Under the pieces are notes generated by a model. That model did no database searches. It was given only the letters and a program-made list of their open reading frames with translations, and was not told the DNA's origin. Positions 38,646-47,489 of a stretch of DNA of 64,000 bases are shown in pieces (position 1 is the stretch's first letter; each line of letters opens with the position of its first letter). This DNA is from Acidobacteriota bacterium (lineage in GTDB: Bacteria > Acidobacteriota > UBA6911 > RPQK01 > JANQFM01): NCBI GenBank assembly GCA_041630155.1, contig JBFKLX010000003.1:1915-65914 (forward strand), read 5' to 3'. The translations under genes were made by a program, and so were the position numbers.

Positions 38646-41600
38646 ATGGCCGAGCCGAGATTCAAGTTCAATTCTAGCCAAATCGTGCTTCTGCTGGGAT
38701 TCTGGGTTGCCCTTGCAGGCGTTGCCGAGCCGGCCCTCGCGGGCACGTACTCCAATGGGGTTTACGAGGAACAGTACTTCGGCGGCCAGGCGACACTGCG
38801 GTTCGAGTTCCGGGCCGATGAAGCCATCCCGATCTCGATCCGGGAGGTAGTCGAAAACTACGGCGGGTACGTTTATCCCTACACTTACTTTCTGATTCAT
38901 CACGAATTGCGTGCGAGCATCATCACCTACTCCGTCTCGGGGTCTGCCCAGGTGACCTTGACCCGTTCCAGCGAACAATTCGACTGGAGTTCCCGAAGGC
39001 TGATCTCCGCCAATCCCTTCCGCATGCAGGTCAACACGTATTACCGTTTCCAGCTGCGCGCCAGTGGGCAGCCGGACGTGTACGCGTACTTCACCCTGGA
39101 GCAGACGCAAGCCCCGCCCAATGTCGAGATGGAAGTCTCGGCCACTCCCTGGCTGGATCTGGAGGAGCCGACTCGGGCCTTGATTCCCGCCGACCGGCGA
39201 TTCCCGGCGAAGTTCAAGATCAGCCTGGTGGATGCCGACAGCTACCCCAAAGAGCCGTTCACCGAGCCCCAATCCGTATTCGTGACCCTCGCGGACAGCG
39301 AGAGGGGAACGCTGGAGTCATTGCAGACGTCGGCATCGGGCCGGCAAATCACTTTGACCACCGACGACAAAGGTGAAGCGGAGTTCCAATACGTGTATCT
39401 GGGAAACGCCCCCCAAAGCCAGCCTTTGCAGGAGTCGATTGCGATCGAATGTCCCGCGCTCGGCCTGGAGGAGTCTGCCAGCGTGTCCATCGGATTGAAA
39501 CCGGAAATCCTGGAGGTGGTCAAGCGCTGGGATAGCAGAACCCAGTTGCCCCGAACGATGGGGCTTCGGGTCCAGGTGCGAGACGAGTTCTGGCCCGATC
39601 TGGACTACCTGGAATACAATCGGCGGCTGAGTCTTGCCGACCCGGAAGGCGAGACGCTGGGTGTCTTCCTGACCACCACCTGGCTCAACCCCCCCGATGA
39701 GGAAGGGCACATCGCCGATTTCCTGGAGTACCTGCAGATGGGCTTCGCCTTGAGCGATGAGGACGAATTCTACGACGGGCGGGGGTACGTCGAGATACTC
39801 AAGGGCAGATACCTGTTCAAGGCTATCGACAGCCCCGCGGTGACCCTGGAAATGCGTTTTCCGGCGCACGTCTTCGTCCGCCCGGGGACACGCTGGTTGA
39901 CGGCTCAACTCGAGCTGATCGTGGCGCCCGAGGAAGTCGCCAGTCCGCTCGAAAAGATCTTCGGCACCCAGAGCAATACGATCATCTACGCGGTCGACGT
40001 GATGCGTGGGGGGGAAAGTGTCCTGCAGTCGATTGCCTGTTCGTTTCAGCCGACGACCTCGGCTCAATACTGGGTGAAGTACACGCTCAATCACGACTAT
40101 TTCAAGCATGCCTTGGAGGTCGGCGGGGGCGCCGGATACATCGTGAGCATGCGAACGGTGCAGTTGTTCGACCTGACCTGTGAATACCTGCAGGGCAACT
40201 ACTTCAACGTCATGCAAGCCCTCGTCGGGGAATACCTCAGCAACCTGGACGCCCTTCGTGAGTCGGGGGAGCTCGAGTTGAGTGCAGGGGAGGCGCGGCA
40301 GCTGGCTCGCTACCTCACTGTCAGTGAAGGCAAGGACATGTACGACGTCCTGAATTTCACGGCCGACGAAATACTGGGGAATCAGGACTCACGGTTTTCG
40401 AGCTGGCCGCCGCGGGGACGGCGATTCACCCGGCCCAGCGAGTCGCTACCGGAAATCCCTCCCGGCGTGGACCTGGCCGAGTTGAGGCAAATCTTCAACG
40501 AGTCGCTCCTGGGGTTGCTGGCGGGGATGGGTGAGGAGGGACTCGAGATCATCGCCGTCTCCAATGGAACCGTTCAACTGCTCAGTCCCGACTCGAGTCC
40601 CTACCCGGAGGAGTCGATTCTCGCTGCCGTCGAGAGCGAGGGGAGCAAGATCTACCTCCTCCCGGAGAACACGGCGCTTCTGGCCGTGGAGCACTCGGGA
40701 GCGCTTCAGATCAATCGTTTTCTGTACGGCCCGGGCGCGACCATGGAGACCGCCTGGTACTCGGTGGGAGACCCGCAGGCACCGGCCACCAGCAGCCTGG
40801 ATTGTTCTCAGGGCCTGAATGCGCAGCTTCTGGTCGACGCGGGGTCCAACGGCTCGGTCGATGAGACCTTGGCTCCCGCCACCACTTCCTACACCCCCTC
40901 TCCGGACGATCTGGACGGGGTGGCGGCAGTCGTGGAGGACCAGGGCCCCAACGGCGGAGATGCCAACCGTGACGGTCTCTTGGACAGCACTCAGCCGAAC
41001 GTGGCTTCGTTGCCCAACGCGGTCGATTCCCGGTATGTGACGCTGGTCTCGCCCGCAGGGACTCGTCTCCGCGGCGTACAGGCCTTGGAGCAGATCGAGG
41101 CCGATCCCGCTCCCGAAGGCGTCAGCTTCCCGCTCGGGCTGTTCGAATTTCACGTCGAAGGGTTGGAAACCGGAGGGTCGACCACCGTTGAGATGCTCCT
41201 GCCCGAGGGAGTGCAAGTCAACTCGTACTACATTCGCGGGTCGACGACCGGGGAAGGCACGGACCACTGGTACGCCTTTCCCTACGACCAGGAAACCGGT
41301 TCGGAACTGGAAGAAGACCTGGTTCGGCTGCATTTTCGAGATGCCGGCAGAGGCGACAGCTACCCATTTCCGGACGGAGTGATCATCGAGCCTGGCGGAC
41401 CGGCTTTCGTGATCCGAGAGGATCGCCTGAACTTCGCCCAGTTCGCCACCGGCGGAGGGCTCTTCAGTGAAGTGGTCCTGTTGAATCTGGATGCGGAAAC
41501 CGAGGCGGACGTGGAGGTCTACTTTCGGGACGACGACGGCCAGCCTCTGAGCTACCAAGCCGGCAGCAGGGAGGTGCCTGGATTCATGCACCTTTCGATT

Positions 41601-42743
41601 CCGGCTGCGGGAATGAGAGTGTTTCAAACCGACGGAGGAGGAGTTGGAGTGGCAGGATCGGCCGATGTTCGTTCCAGCCGTCCGCTGGCCGGAGTCTTGA
41701 TCTTCGGCGGTGCTTTCGGCTTGGCAGGTGTCGGCGACAGCCAGGATTTGACGGTATTCTCAGCACCCATGGAGAAAACCGATTCCCGTGGAATCAACAC
41801 CGGGATCGCTGTGATGAACGCAGCCGACGCGCCCACCGACCTCGACCTGCGTCTCCGTGGCGCCGACGGAGAGGAGCTGGCAACCGCCTCGGAAAACCTT
41901 CCGGGGAGGGGACACAAAGCGGTTTTTGTCGACCAGTTCGACTGGAGTCCGCCGGTCGACTTCAGCGACTTTCGGGGAGTCCTGGAGGCGAGCAGCAGCG
42001 GACCCATCGGAGTCACGGTCCTGCAGACCAGGCCGGGGCAGTTCGCCACCATGCCGGTGGCCCCGCCGCCGGGTGGCAGCGGATCGGCCTCTCCCGACCT
42101 GAATTTTGCTCAATTCGCCACCGGTGGAGGGCTGTCCAGTGAGATCATCCTTCTGAATCTGGACGCCGGAACCGAAGCCCAGGCGGAGGTGCATTTTCGG
42201 GACGACGTGGGGAATCCCTCGAGCTTCGAGCTGGACGGCGCCAGCGTCGACGGCCAGCTGCAGCTCTCGATTCCGGCGTCGGGGGTGAGGGTCCTCCAGA
42301 CGGACGGGAGCGGCCCGCCGGTCTCGGGCTCGGCCCGGGTCAGCTCCGATGCGCCACTGGCTGGGGTGCTGGTCTTCGGCGGCAGCTTCGGTCTCGCCGG
42401 TGTCGGGAGCAGCCAGGAGCTGACGGGTTTTCTGGCTCCGATGGAAAGGATCGCGTCCGCCGGCATCAATACGGGAATCGCAGTCATGAATGGGGACGAC
42501 TCACCGGTGAATCTGGACCTGCGGCTGCTGGACGTGGACGGCCGGGAACTGGCGACGGCCAATGAGACGATTCCCGCTCGAGGACACAAAGCGGTCTTCG
42601 TCAACCAGTTCGACTGGAGCCCGGCGATGGCTCTCGCGGACTTTCGCGGAATCATGGAAGTCACCAGCAGTGGGCGAATCGCCGTCACGGTCCTGCAAAT
42701 CCGCCCCGGCCAGTATGCGACGATGCCGGTGGGGAGCAGGTGA
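38646..42743 (+). CDS. Giant secreted protein (1,366 aa): novel N-terminal region, a Ca-binding D-x-N-x-D-G loop + beta-sandwich domain ending ...RGDSYPFPDGVIIEPGGPA, then a tandemly duplicated two-domain C-terminal module
   Basis: Signal peptide MAEPRFKFNSSQIVLLLGFWVALAGVAEPALA. Internal repeats LNFAQFATGGGL...(x2) and GINTGIAVMN...GHKAVFV.QFDWSP...(x2). Confidence 0.7.
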   Translation: MAEPRFKFNSSQIVLLLGFWVALAGVAEPALAGTYSNGVYEEQYFGGQATLRFEFRADEAIPISIREVVENYGGYVYPYTYFLIHHELRASIITYSVSGSAQVTLTRSSEQFDWSSRRLISANPFRMQVNTYYRFQLRASGQPDVYAYFTLEQTQAPPNVEMEVSATPWLDLEEPTRALIPADRRFPAKFKISLVDADSYPKEPFTEPQSVFVTLADSERGTLESLQTSASGRQITLTTDDKGEAEFQYVYLGNAPQSQPLQESIAIECPALGLEESASVSIGLKPEILEVVKRWDSRTQLPRTMGLRVQVRDEFWPDLDYLEYNRRLSLADPEGETLGVFLTTTWLNPPDEEGHIADFLEYLQMGFALSDEDEFYDGRGYVEILKGRYLFKAIDSPAVTLEMRFPAHVFVRPGTRWLTAQLELIVAPEEVASPLEKIFGTQSNTIIYAVDVMRGGESVLQSIACSFQPTTSAQYWVKYTLNHDYFKHALEVGGGAGYIVSMRTVQLFDLTCEYLQGNYFNVMQALVGEYLSNLDALRESGELELSAGEARQLARYLTVSEGKDMYDVLNFTADEILGNQDSRFSSWPPRGRRFTRPSESLPEIPPGVDLAELRQIFNESLLGLLAGMGEEGLEIIAVSNGTVQLLSPDSSPYPEESILAAVESEGSKIYLLPENTALLAVEHSGALQINRFLYGPGATMETAWYSVGDPQAPATSSLDCSQGLNAQLLVDAGSNGSVDETLAPATTSYTPSPDDLDGVAAVVEDQGPNGGDANRDGLLDSTQPNVASLPNAVDSRYVTLVSPAGTRLRGVQALEQIEADPAPEGVSFPLGLFEFHVEGLETGGSTTVEMLLPEGVQVNSYYIRGSTTGEGTDHWYAFPYDQETGSELEEDLVRLHFRDAGRGDSYPFPDGVIIEPGGPAFVIREDRLNFAQFATGGGLFSEVVLLNLDAETEADVEVYFRDDDGQPLSYQAGSREVPGFMHLSIPAAGMRVFQTDGGGVGVAGSADVRSSRPLAGVLIFGGAFGLAGVGDSQDLTVFSAPMEKTDSRGINTGIAVMNAADAPTDLDLRLRGADGEELATASENLPGRGHKAVFVDQFDWSPPVDFSDFRGVLEASSSGPIGVTVLQTRPGQFATMPVAPPPGGSGSASPDLNFAQFATGGGLSSEIILLNLDAGTEAQAEVHFRDDVGNPSSFELDGASVDGQLQLSIPASGVRVLQTDGSGPPVSGSARVSSDAPLAGVLVFGGSFGLAGVGSSQELTGFLAPMERIASAGINTGIAVMNGDDSPVNLDLRLLDVDGRELATANETIPARGHKAVFVNQFDWSPAMALADFRGIMEVTSSGRIAVTVLQIRPGQYATMPVGSR

Positions 42744-42776
42744 ACACTGGCTCAACCGGACTCAGACAAGACCCTG

Positions 42777-42797
42777 AAGATCCTGTAATCCTGTCCA
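42777..42797 (-). repeat. Intergenic repeat element (copy C, inverted orientation): revcomp = GGACAGGATTACAGGATCTTC
   Basis: 21/21 identity to the copy B core. Confidence 0.55.
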
Positions 42798-42891
42798 GGC
42801 TCTCCGGAAACGGGCAGGTTGGTTTGACTGTGCCTTCCCCCAAAACCCCTGCTGGATTCCCGTTTGGACCCGGGCCAGCTACACTAACGCC

Positions 42892-45225
42892 ATGACAGCG
42901 AAGTTGCCTCCGCTCCCCAAATTCCTGGGGGCCCGTGTGCCCCGCAGGGAAGATCCCGATTTGATCACGGGCCGGGCCCGTTTCGTGGCCGACATTGCAG
43001 TGGACGAGCCGCTGCATCTGGCTTTCTGGCGCAGCCCGCAGGCGCACGCGCGGATCGCGGGAATCGACCGCCGCCAGGCCCTGGACTTGCCGGGAGTGGT
43101 GGCCGTCCTGGCCGCCGACGAACTGAATCCCTTGGTCAGAAAACCATTTCCCACGCTCAGTGGAGCCATGTCGGGAGCTTACGAGAGTCTCACGATTCCC
43201 AAGCGATTCCCCCTGGCCCAGCAGTACGTCCGGTTCGCGGGGGAGGCCGTGGCGCTGGTCCTGGCTGAGGACCCGGCCATCGCGCTGGATGCGGTGGAAT
43301 TGATCCAGGTGGAGCTGCAGCCCTTGCCGGTGCTCACCGAACCCGCTCAGGCGCTCCGGGACGACGCTCCTGTGCTGCACGAAGGCATGGACGACAATCT
43401 GAGCTTCGTCTGGAAGGCTCAAAACGGCGACGTGGACGAAATCTTCGAGAGCGCGGAGGTGGCAATCGATTTGGAAGCCCGAGTCCAGCGGCTCGTCCCG
43501 ACCGCGATGGAACCTCGGGCGGTTTTGGCTTCGTTCGACCCCGAACGAGAAACCTTCACTGTCTGGTCCACGACCCAGATTCCTCACCAGGTGCGAGACG
43601 ATCTGGCCCAGATGTTGGACCTGCCGCCGGCGCGAATCAGAGTCATCGCTCCGGATGTCGGGGGAGGCTTCGGCGCCAAGGCCAACGTCTATCCGGAAGA
43701 GGTGCTGGCCCCTCTGCTGGCGCGCAAGTTCCAGCGGCCGGTGCGCTGGGTGGCCGGTCGCAGCGAAGATGCTCTTGCGACCTCTCAGGGGCGGGACCAG
43801 CGGAACCTGATTCGCCTGGCGGCTGACCGTGACGGTAGGGTCAGGGCAGCGGAACTCACCGTGCAGGCTGACTGCGGGGCCTATCTCACCCGCGTCACCG
43901 CCGCCGTCACGCCCTTCACCGGCATGATGGTGACCGGCGTCTACGACATCCCCAGCGTCCGGGCCGAAGCCATGGGAGTGCTGACCAACCGATCGCCGGT
44001 CGAACCCTACCGCGGGGCGGGCAGGCCCGAGGCTGCCTACATGATCGAACGCGCCATGGACGTGCTGGCTCACCGTCTCGATCTGGACCCTGCAGAAGTT
44101 CGCCGCCGCAACTTCGTCCCGCCACAACGATTCCCCTACCGCAACGCCCTGGGACTGGAATACGACAGCGGCGACTACGCCAGGACGCTCGACAAGGCCC
44201 TCGAATTGGTGGACTATGGCGCCCTGCGCCGGGAGCAGGAAGGACGCCGCCAAAGCGGCTCCGCGAGGCTGCTGGGAATCGGGTTGGCCTGTTACGTGGA
44301 AATCTGCGGCTTCGGCCCCTGGGAAGCCGGCGGCGTAAAGGTCGAGCCCGATGGGCAGGTCACCGTCCTCAGCGGTACCTCGCCTCACGGCCAGGGACAC
44401 CAGACCAGCTGGGCCCAGATCGCGGCGGAGGTGCTGCAGGTGCCTCTGGAACGCATCACGGTCAAGCACGGCGATACGGCCATCGTTCCCGCCGGCATCG
44501 GTACCTTCGGCAGCCGCAGCGCTCCGGTGGGAGGTTCCGCCGTCTTCCGGTCGTCCGAATCCGTGCAGCGCGGAGCCAAGGCCATCGCAGCCCATCTGCT
44601 GGAAGCGTCCCCGGAAGACCTCCGGCTCCAGGAGGGCAGATTCTTCGTGGTGGGGGCTCCTCAATTCAGCGTGGGCTGGAACGAGGTGGTCGCCGCCGCG
44701 CATTCGAACGACCTGCCCGAGGAACTGCGGGGAACACTCGAAGCAGAGACCCGCTACGAGCCGGAGGGGGAGACGTATCCGTTCGGCACCCACGTCTGTG
44801 TCGTCGAGGTGGATCGTGACACGGGCGGCGTCGAGATCTTGCGCTACCTGAGCGTGGACGACTGTGGACGGGTCATCAATCCCCTGATCGTGGAGGGCCA
44901 GGTGCAAGGAGGAGCCGCGCAGGGAATCGGACAGGCCCTCTGGGAAGAGGCCCGCTACGACGAAGTCGGGAATTTGTTGACGGCGAATCTGACCGAGTAC
45001 GCCCTGGCCCGAGCCGATTCACTGCCGGCCCTGGAGTCTCACCGCACGGAAACGCCCAGCCCCTTGAACCCGCTGGGTGTCAAAGGTATCGGGGAGGCGG
45101 CCACGATCGGCTCCACCCCGGCGGTGGTCAACGCCGTGATGGACGCGCTGGCCCACCTGGGCGTCACACACATCGACACCCCCCTCACGCCTGCCAGGAT
45201 CTGGCGCGCGCTCTCGCGCGGGTGA
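42892..45225 (+). CDS. Xanthine dehydrogenase/CO dehydrogenase family molybdopterin-binding large subunit (orphan: no adjacent FAD or 2Fe-2S subunits)
   Basis: N-terminal VPRREDPDLITGRARFVADI and AFWRSPQAHARI motifs; 777 aa. Confidence 0.8.
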   Translation: MTAKLPPLPKFLGARVPRREDPDLITGRARFVADIAVDEPLHLAFWRSPQAHARIAGIDRRQALDLPGVVAVLAADELNPLVRKPFPTLSGAMSGAYESLTIPKRFPLAQQYVRFAGEAVALVLAEDPAIALDAVELIQVELQPLPVLTEPAQALRDDAPVLHEGMDDNLSFVWKAQNGDVDEIFESAEVAIDLEARVQRLVPTAMEPRAVLASFDPERETFTVWSTTQIPHQVRDDLAQMLDLPPARIRVIAPDVGGGFGAKANVYPEEVLAPLLARKFQRPVRWVAGRSEDALATSQGRDQRNLIRLAADRDGRVRAAELTVQADCGAYLTRVTAAVTPFTGMMVTGVYDIPSVRAEAMGVLTNRSPVEPYRGAGRPEAAYMIERAMDVLAHRLDLDPAEVRRRNFVPPQRFPYRNALGLEYDSGDYARTLDKALELVDYGALRREQEGRRQSGSARLLGIGLACYVEICGFGPWEAGGVKVEPDGQVTVLSGTSPHGQGHQTSWAQIAAEVLQVPLERITVKHGDTAIVPAGIGTFGSRSAPVGGSAVFRSSESVQRGAKAIAAHLLEASPEDLRLQEGRFFVVGAPQFSVGWNEVVAAAHSNDLPEELRGTLEAETRYEPEGETYPFGTHVCVVEVDRDTGGVEILRYLSVDDCGRVINPLIVEGQVQGGAAQGIGQALWEEARYDEVGNLLTANLTEYALARADSLPALESHRTETPSPLNPLGVKGIGEAATIGSTPAVVNAVMDALAHLGVTHIDTPLTPARIWRALSRG

Positions 45226-45387
45226 GCCCCCGACCCGAGGGCATCACCTCGGGGCGGGGACAGGGCGACTTTTCCCGCCTGAAAACTCGTCTCCCCGCTA
45301 AGGGCGGAAAAAGCCCGCAGCAGGTCTCGGCGAAGTCGGCCGAGTCCGATAGAAAGTCGTTCCTTCTGCGGTCCAGGACGGGTGCCG

Positions 45388-45822
45388 TCAGCGACCCATT
45401 TTTTCGATTGCGCCGGACAGCTCCATCATCTCTCCGAAGCTGACCGTTTCGACCTTGTTGAGCCGCTCCCGGAAGTCGGCGACCAACTCCGTGGAAAACA
45501 CCCTCCACTGCTCCGGGTTGACCGGGTAGATATGCCCTTCGAAGTGCAGATGTGCAGCCCGTATGCCGCCGGGAAAGGGTCGCGGCCATCGGATCGCGGC
45601 GGCACTCGCCTCGGTAGTCCCTCCTCCCGATAACTGCCCGACGATCGGTACCGGATCATCCCGGTAGAGATGGTCAGGGTTGATGCGCTGCAGTTGATGC
45701 TCTTTGATGAACGCACCAATGAACTCCCGCCTCGTGACCCAAATGTCGGCCGGCAGGCCCCAGATCCAACGCCAATGCCACCAGGCCACGCGCGGCCGGA
45801 TCAACTCGTATACTCCATCCAT
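45388..45822 (-). CDS. Hypothetical 144-aa protein, co-directional and immediately downstream of the radical SAM/SPASM gene
   Basis: No recognisable motifs; Trp-rich N-terminus. Confidence 0.4.
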   Translation of the reverse strand: MDGVYELIRPRVAWWHWRWIWGLPADIWVTRREFIGAFIKEHQLQRINPDHLYRDDPVPIVGQLSGGGTTEASAAAIRWPRPFPGGIRAAHLHFEGHIYPVNPEQWRVFSTELVADFRERLNKVETVSFGEMMELSGAIEKMGR

Positions 45823-45874
45823 AATTGCCTCCTATGCGGGTGGCGTTGCAGTTCGAGCGGTCAATGGTCGCCCG

Positions 45875-47011
45875 TCACAGGCTCTTTGCCTGGGGGCTCA
45901 GCAGACTGTTCACCAACGGCGCGCCACCCAGATGTTCAAAAAAGGTCGCACCTACTTTCTTCTCGAGGATCTGAAAAGCGTCGAAGGCTGCGCCAATGGC
46001 GGCTTTCTCCGAAGCACACAGGAAGGGGCCTACCCGGTTGTAGTACCCGGTCGAAAAATAGTTCGAGCAGCCGCACCAGTTCATGCAGTAGTCTCGCAAG
46101 CCGCAACTCGAGCACTCAGAATTGACGGATTCGCCCGCGGCCGTGTGGCAAAGCATCTTCCGGGGCTTGATCCCCTCGTGAACGTTGCCGATGCAGTGCC
46201 CGTTGGCTCCGTCACCGACGAGCCGCTCGCAGGGGTAGATGTCTCCGTTGGGTGTGAACGCGAATTCCCCGCGGCCCATACGGCAGCGCTCGAGCGGATC
46301 ATAGCCCTTGCGGAGGATCACGCTGATCTTGCTGTCGATGGGGCTGATGAAGTGGGGATCCTGGCGCAGGTAGTAGTCTACGTAAAGCTTCCCGATGGCA
46401 CCAAAGACCTGTGGAAGCGAGGCGACTTCGGCCGGTGTCCAGCGGGCGCTGAAATCGGGGTTGAGGTAAATCTGCCTCACGCCGAGTGAAGAAAAATACT
46501 CCACGGTGCGAGGCAGCTGGGCCAGGTTTTTGGGGCCGTAGACCGCGTTGACCATGACGGCCGAAAAAGCCTCCAGAGCCTCCCGAATCGTTCTCTCGAC
46601 GCGATCAGCGGTGCCGCGTCCGGAATGGAAGCGGCGAAACATGTTCTGGACGTCGGGTGGTCCGTCGCAGCTGATCCCGAAGCCCATGTCGTGCCGGGTA
46701 ACGAAGTCGGCGATTTCCGGTGAGAAGATGGTACCGTTCGTGACAATCGTGAGCTGCACGCGAGTCTCGTCGAAACGAGGGTGGCTCTCGATCAGCTTCG
46801 TGATTTCCTTGACGAGGTCGAACTCCAGGAGCGGTTCGCCTCCAAAGAAACCGACCTCCATCTTTTCGCTGAGCGGAGTGTGCCGGTACATGAACTCGAC
46901 TACGTCTCTTGCGACCGAGCGCGTCATGCGCGCCTTACGCTGACCGATGTAACAGTACCGGCAGGCCAGATTGCAGGATTGTGTCACCAGCAGAGTGTGT
47001 TTCATTCCCAT
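45875..47011 (-). CDS. Radical SAM enzyme with C-terminal SPASM domain, anaerobic sulfatase-maturating enzyme (anSME)-like
   Basis: CNLACRYC (Cx3Cx2C); anSME-like ISCDGPPDVQNMFRRFHSGRGTADRV; C-terminal Cys cluster CIGNV...CHTAAG...CSSCGLRDYCMNWCGC. Track ORF starts at GTG 47053; ATG MGMKHT at 47011. Confidence 0.8.
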   Translation of the reverse strand: MGMKHTLLVTQSCNLACRYCYIGQRKARMTRSVARDVVEFMYRHTPLSEKMEVGFFGGEPLLEFDLVKEITKLIESHPRFDETRVQLTIVTNGTIFSPEIADFVTRHDMGFGISCDGPPDVQNMFRRFHSGRGTADRVERTIREALEAFSAVMVNAVYGPKNLAQLPRTVEYFSSLGVRQIYLNPDFSARWTPAEVASLPQVFGAIGKLYVDYYLRQDPHFISPIDSKISVILRKGYDPLERCRMGRGEFAFTPNGDIYPCERLVGDGANGHCIGNVHEGIKPRKMLCHTAAGESVNSECSSCGLRDYCMNWCGCSNYFSTGYYNRVGPFLCASEKAAIGAAFDAFQILEKKVGATFFEHLGGAPLVNSLLSPQAKSL

Positions 47012-47489
47012 CCACAAACGGACTCGCGACTGCTCGCCGCGGGATGATCGCACCCCAATCGAAGACGATCAGGGGTGAGCGAAATTGCCCGACCCACTCG
47101 GTCCGCCTTCCGAGTCGTCAGGGTGAGCAGGCACAAGAGGGCGACCAGTCACCGGGTCTCCGACGAGTTCCCACATTGAGAAAACTCAATTCTGTTTCGT
47201 GTGACTACTAATGGCGCAGTTGGACTAATGAGTCAATAGCCATCTCTGAAGTGAATTGACACAAAAGTCAAAACAAGTCGGCATTGGGACAGCGGGCGGG
47301 GGTGACCGCCGGAAGGGTGTGTCCAAGGTTGGCTGAGTACGGACTGGTGGAAGGGGTCTTTCCCCGGCGGTACGAGCTCTCCACGTCCCGCCAAGGAGCC
47401 TGACGAAACGCCGAGGGTCTTCGACCCGCATCCGTCGCGTCGCCGTGCGACCCTTCGGCCTGTCTGCGGAAGTGCCCGTCGAGGGCGGC

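Noticed and set aside
42685-44907. 740-aa minus-strand ORF antisense to the xanthine-dehydrogenase-family gene
   Set aside because: The sense strand has canonical Mo-subunit motifs; the antisense translation is Arg/Gly-rich with no motifs. High-GC artefact.
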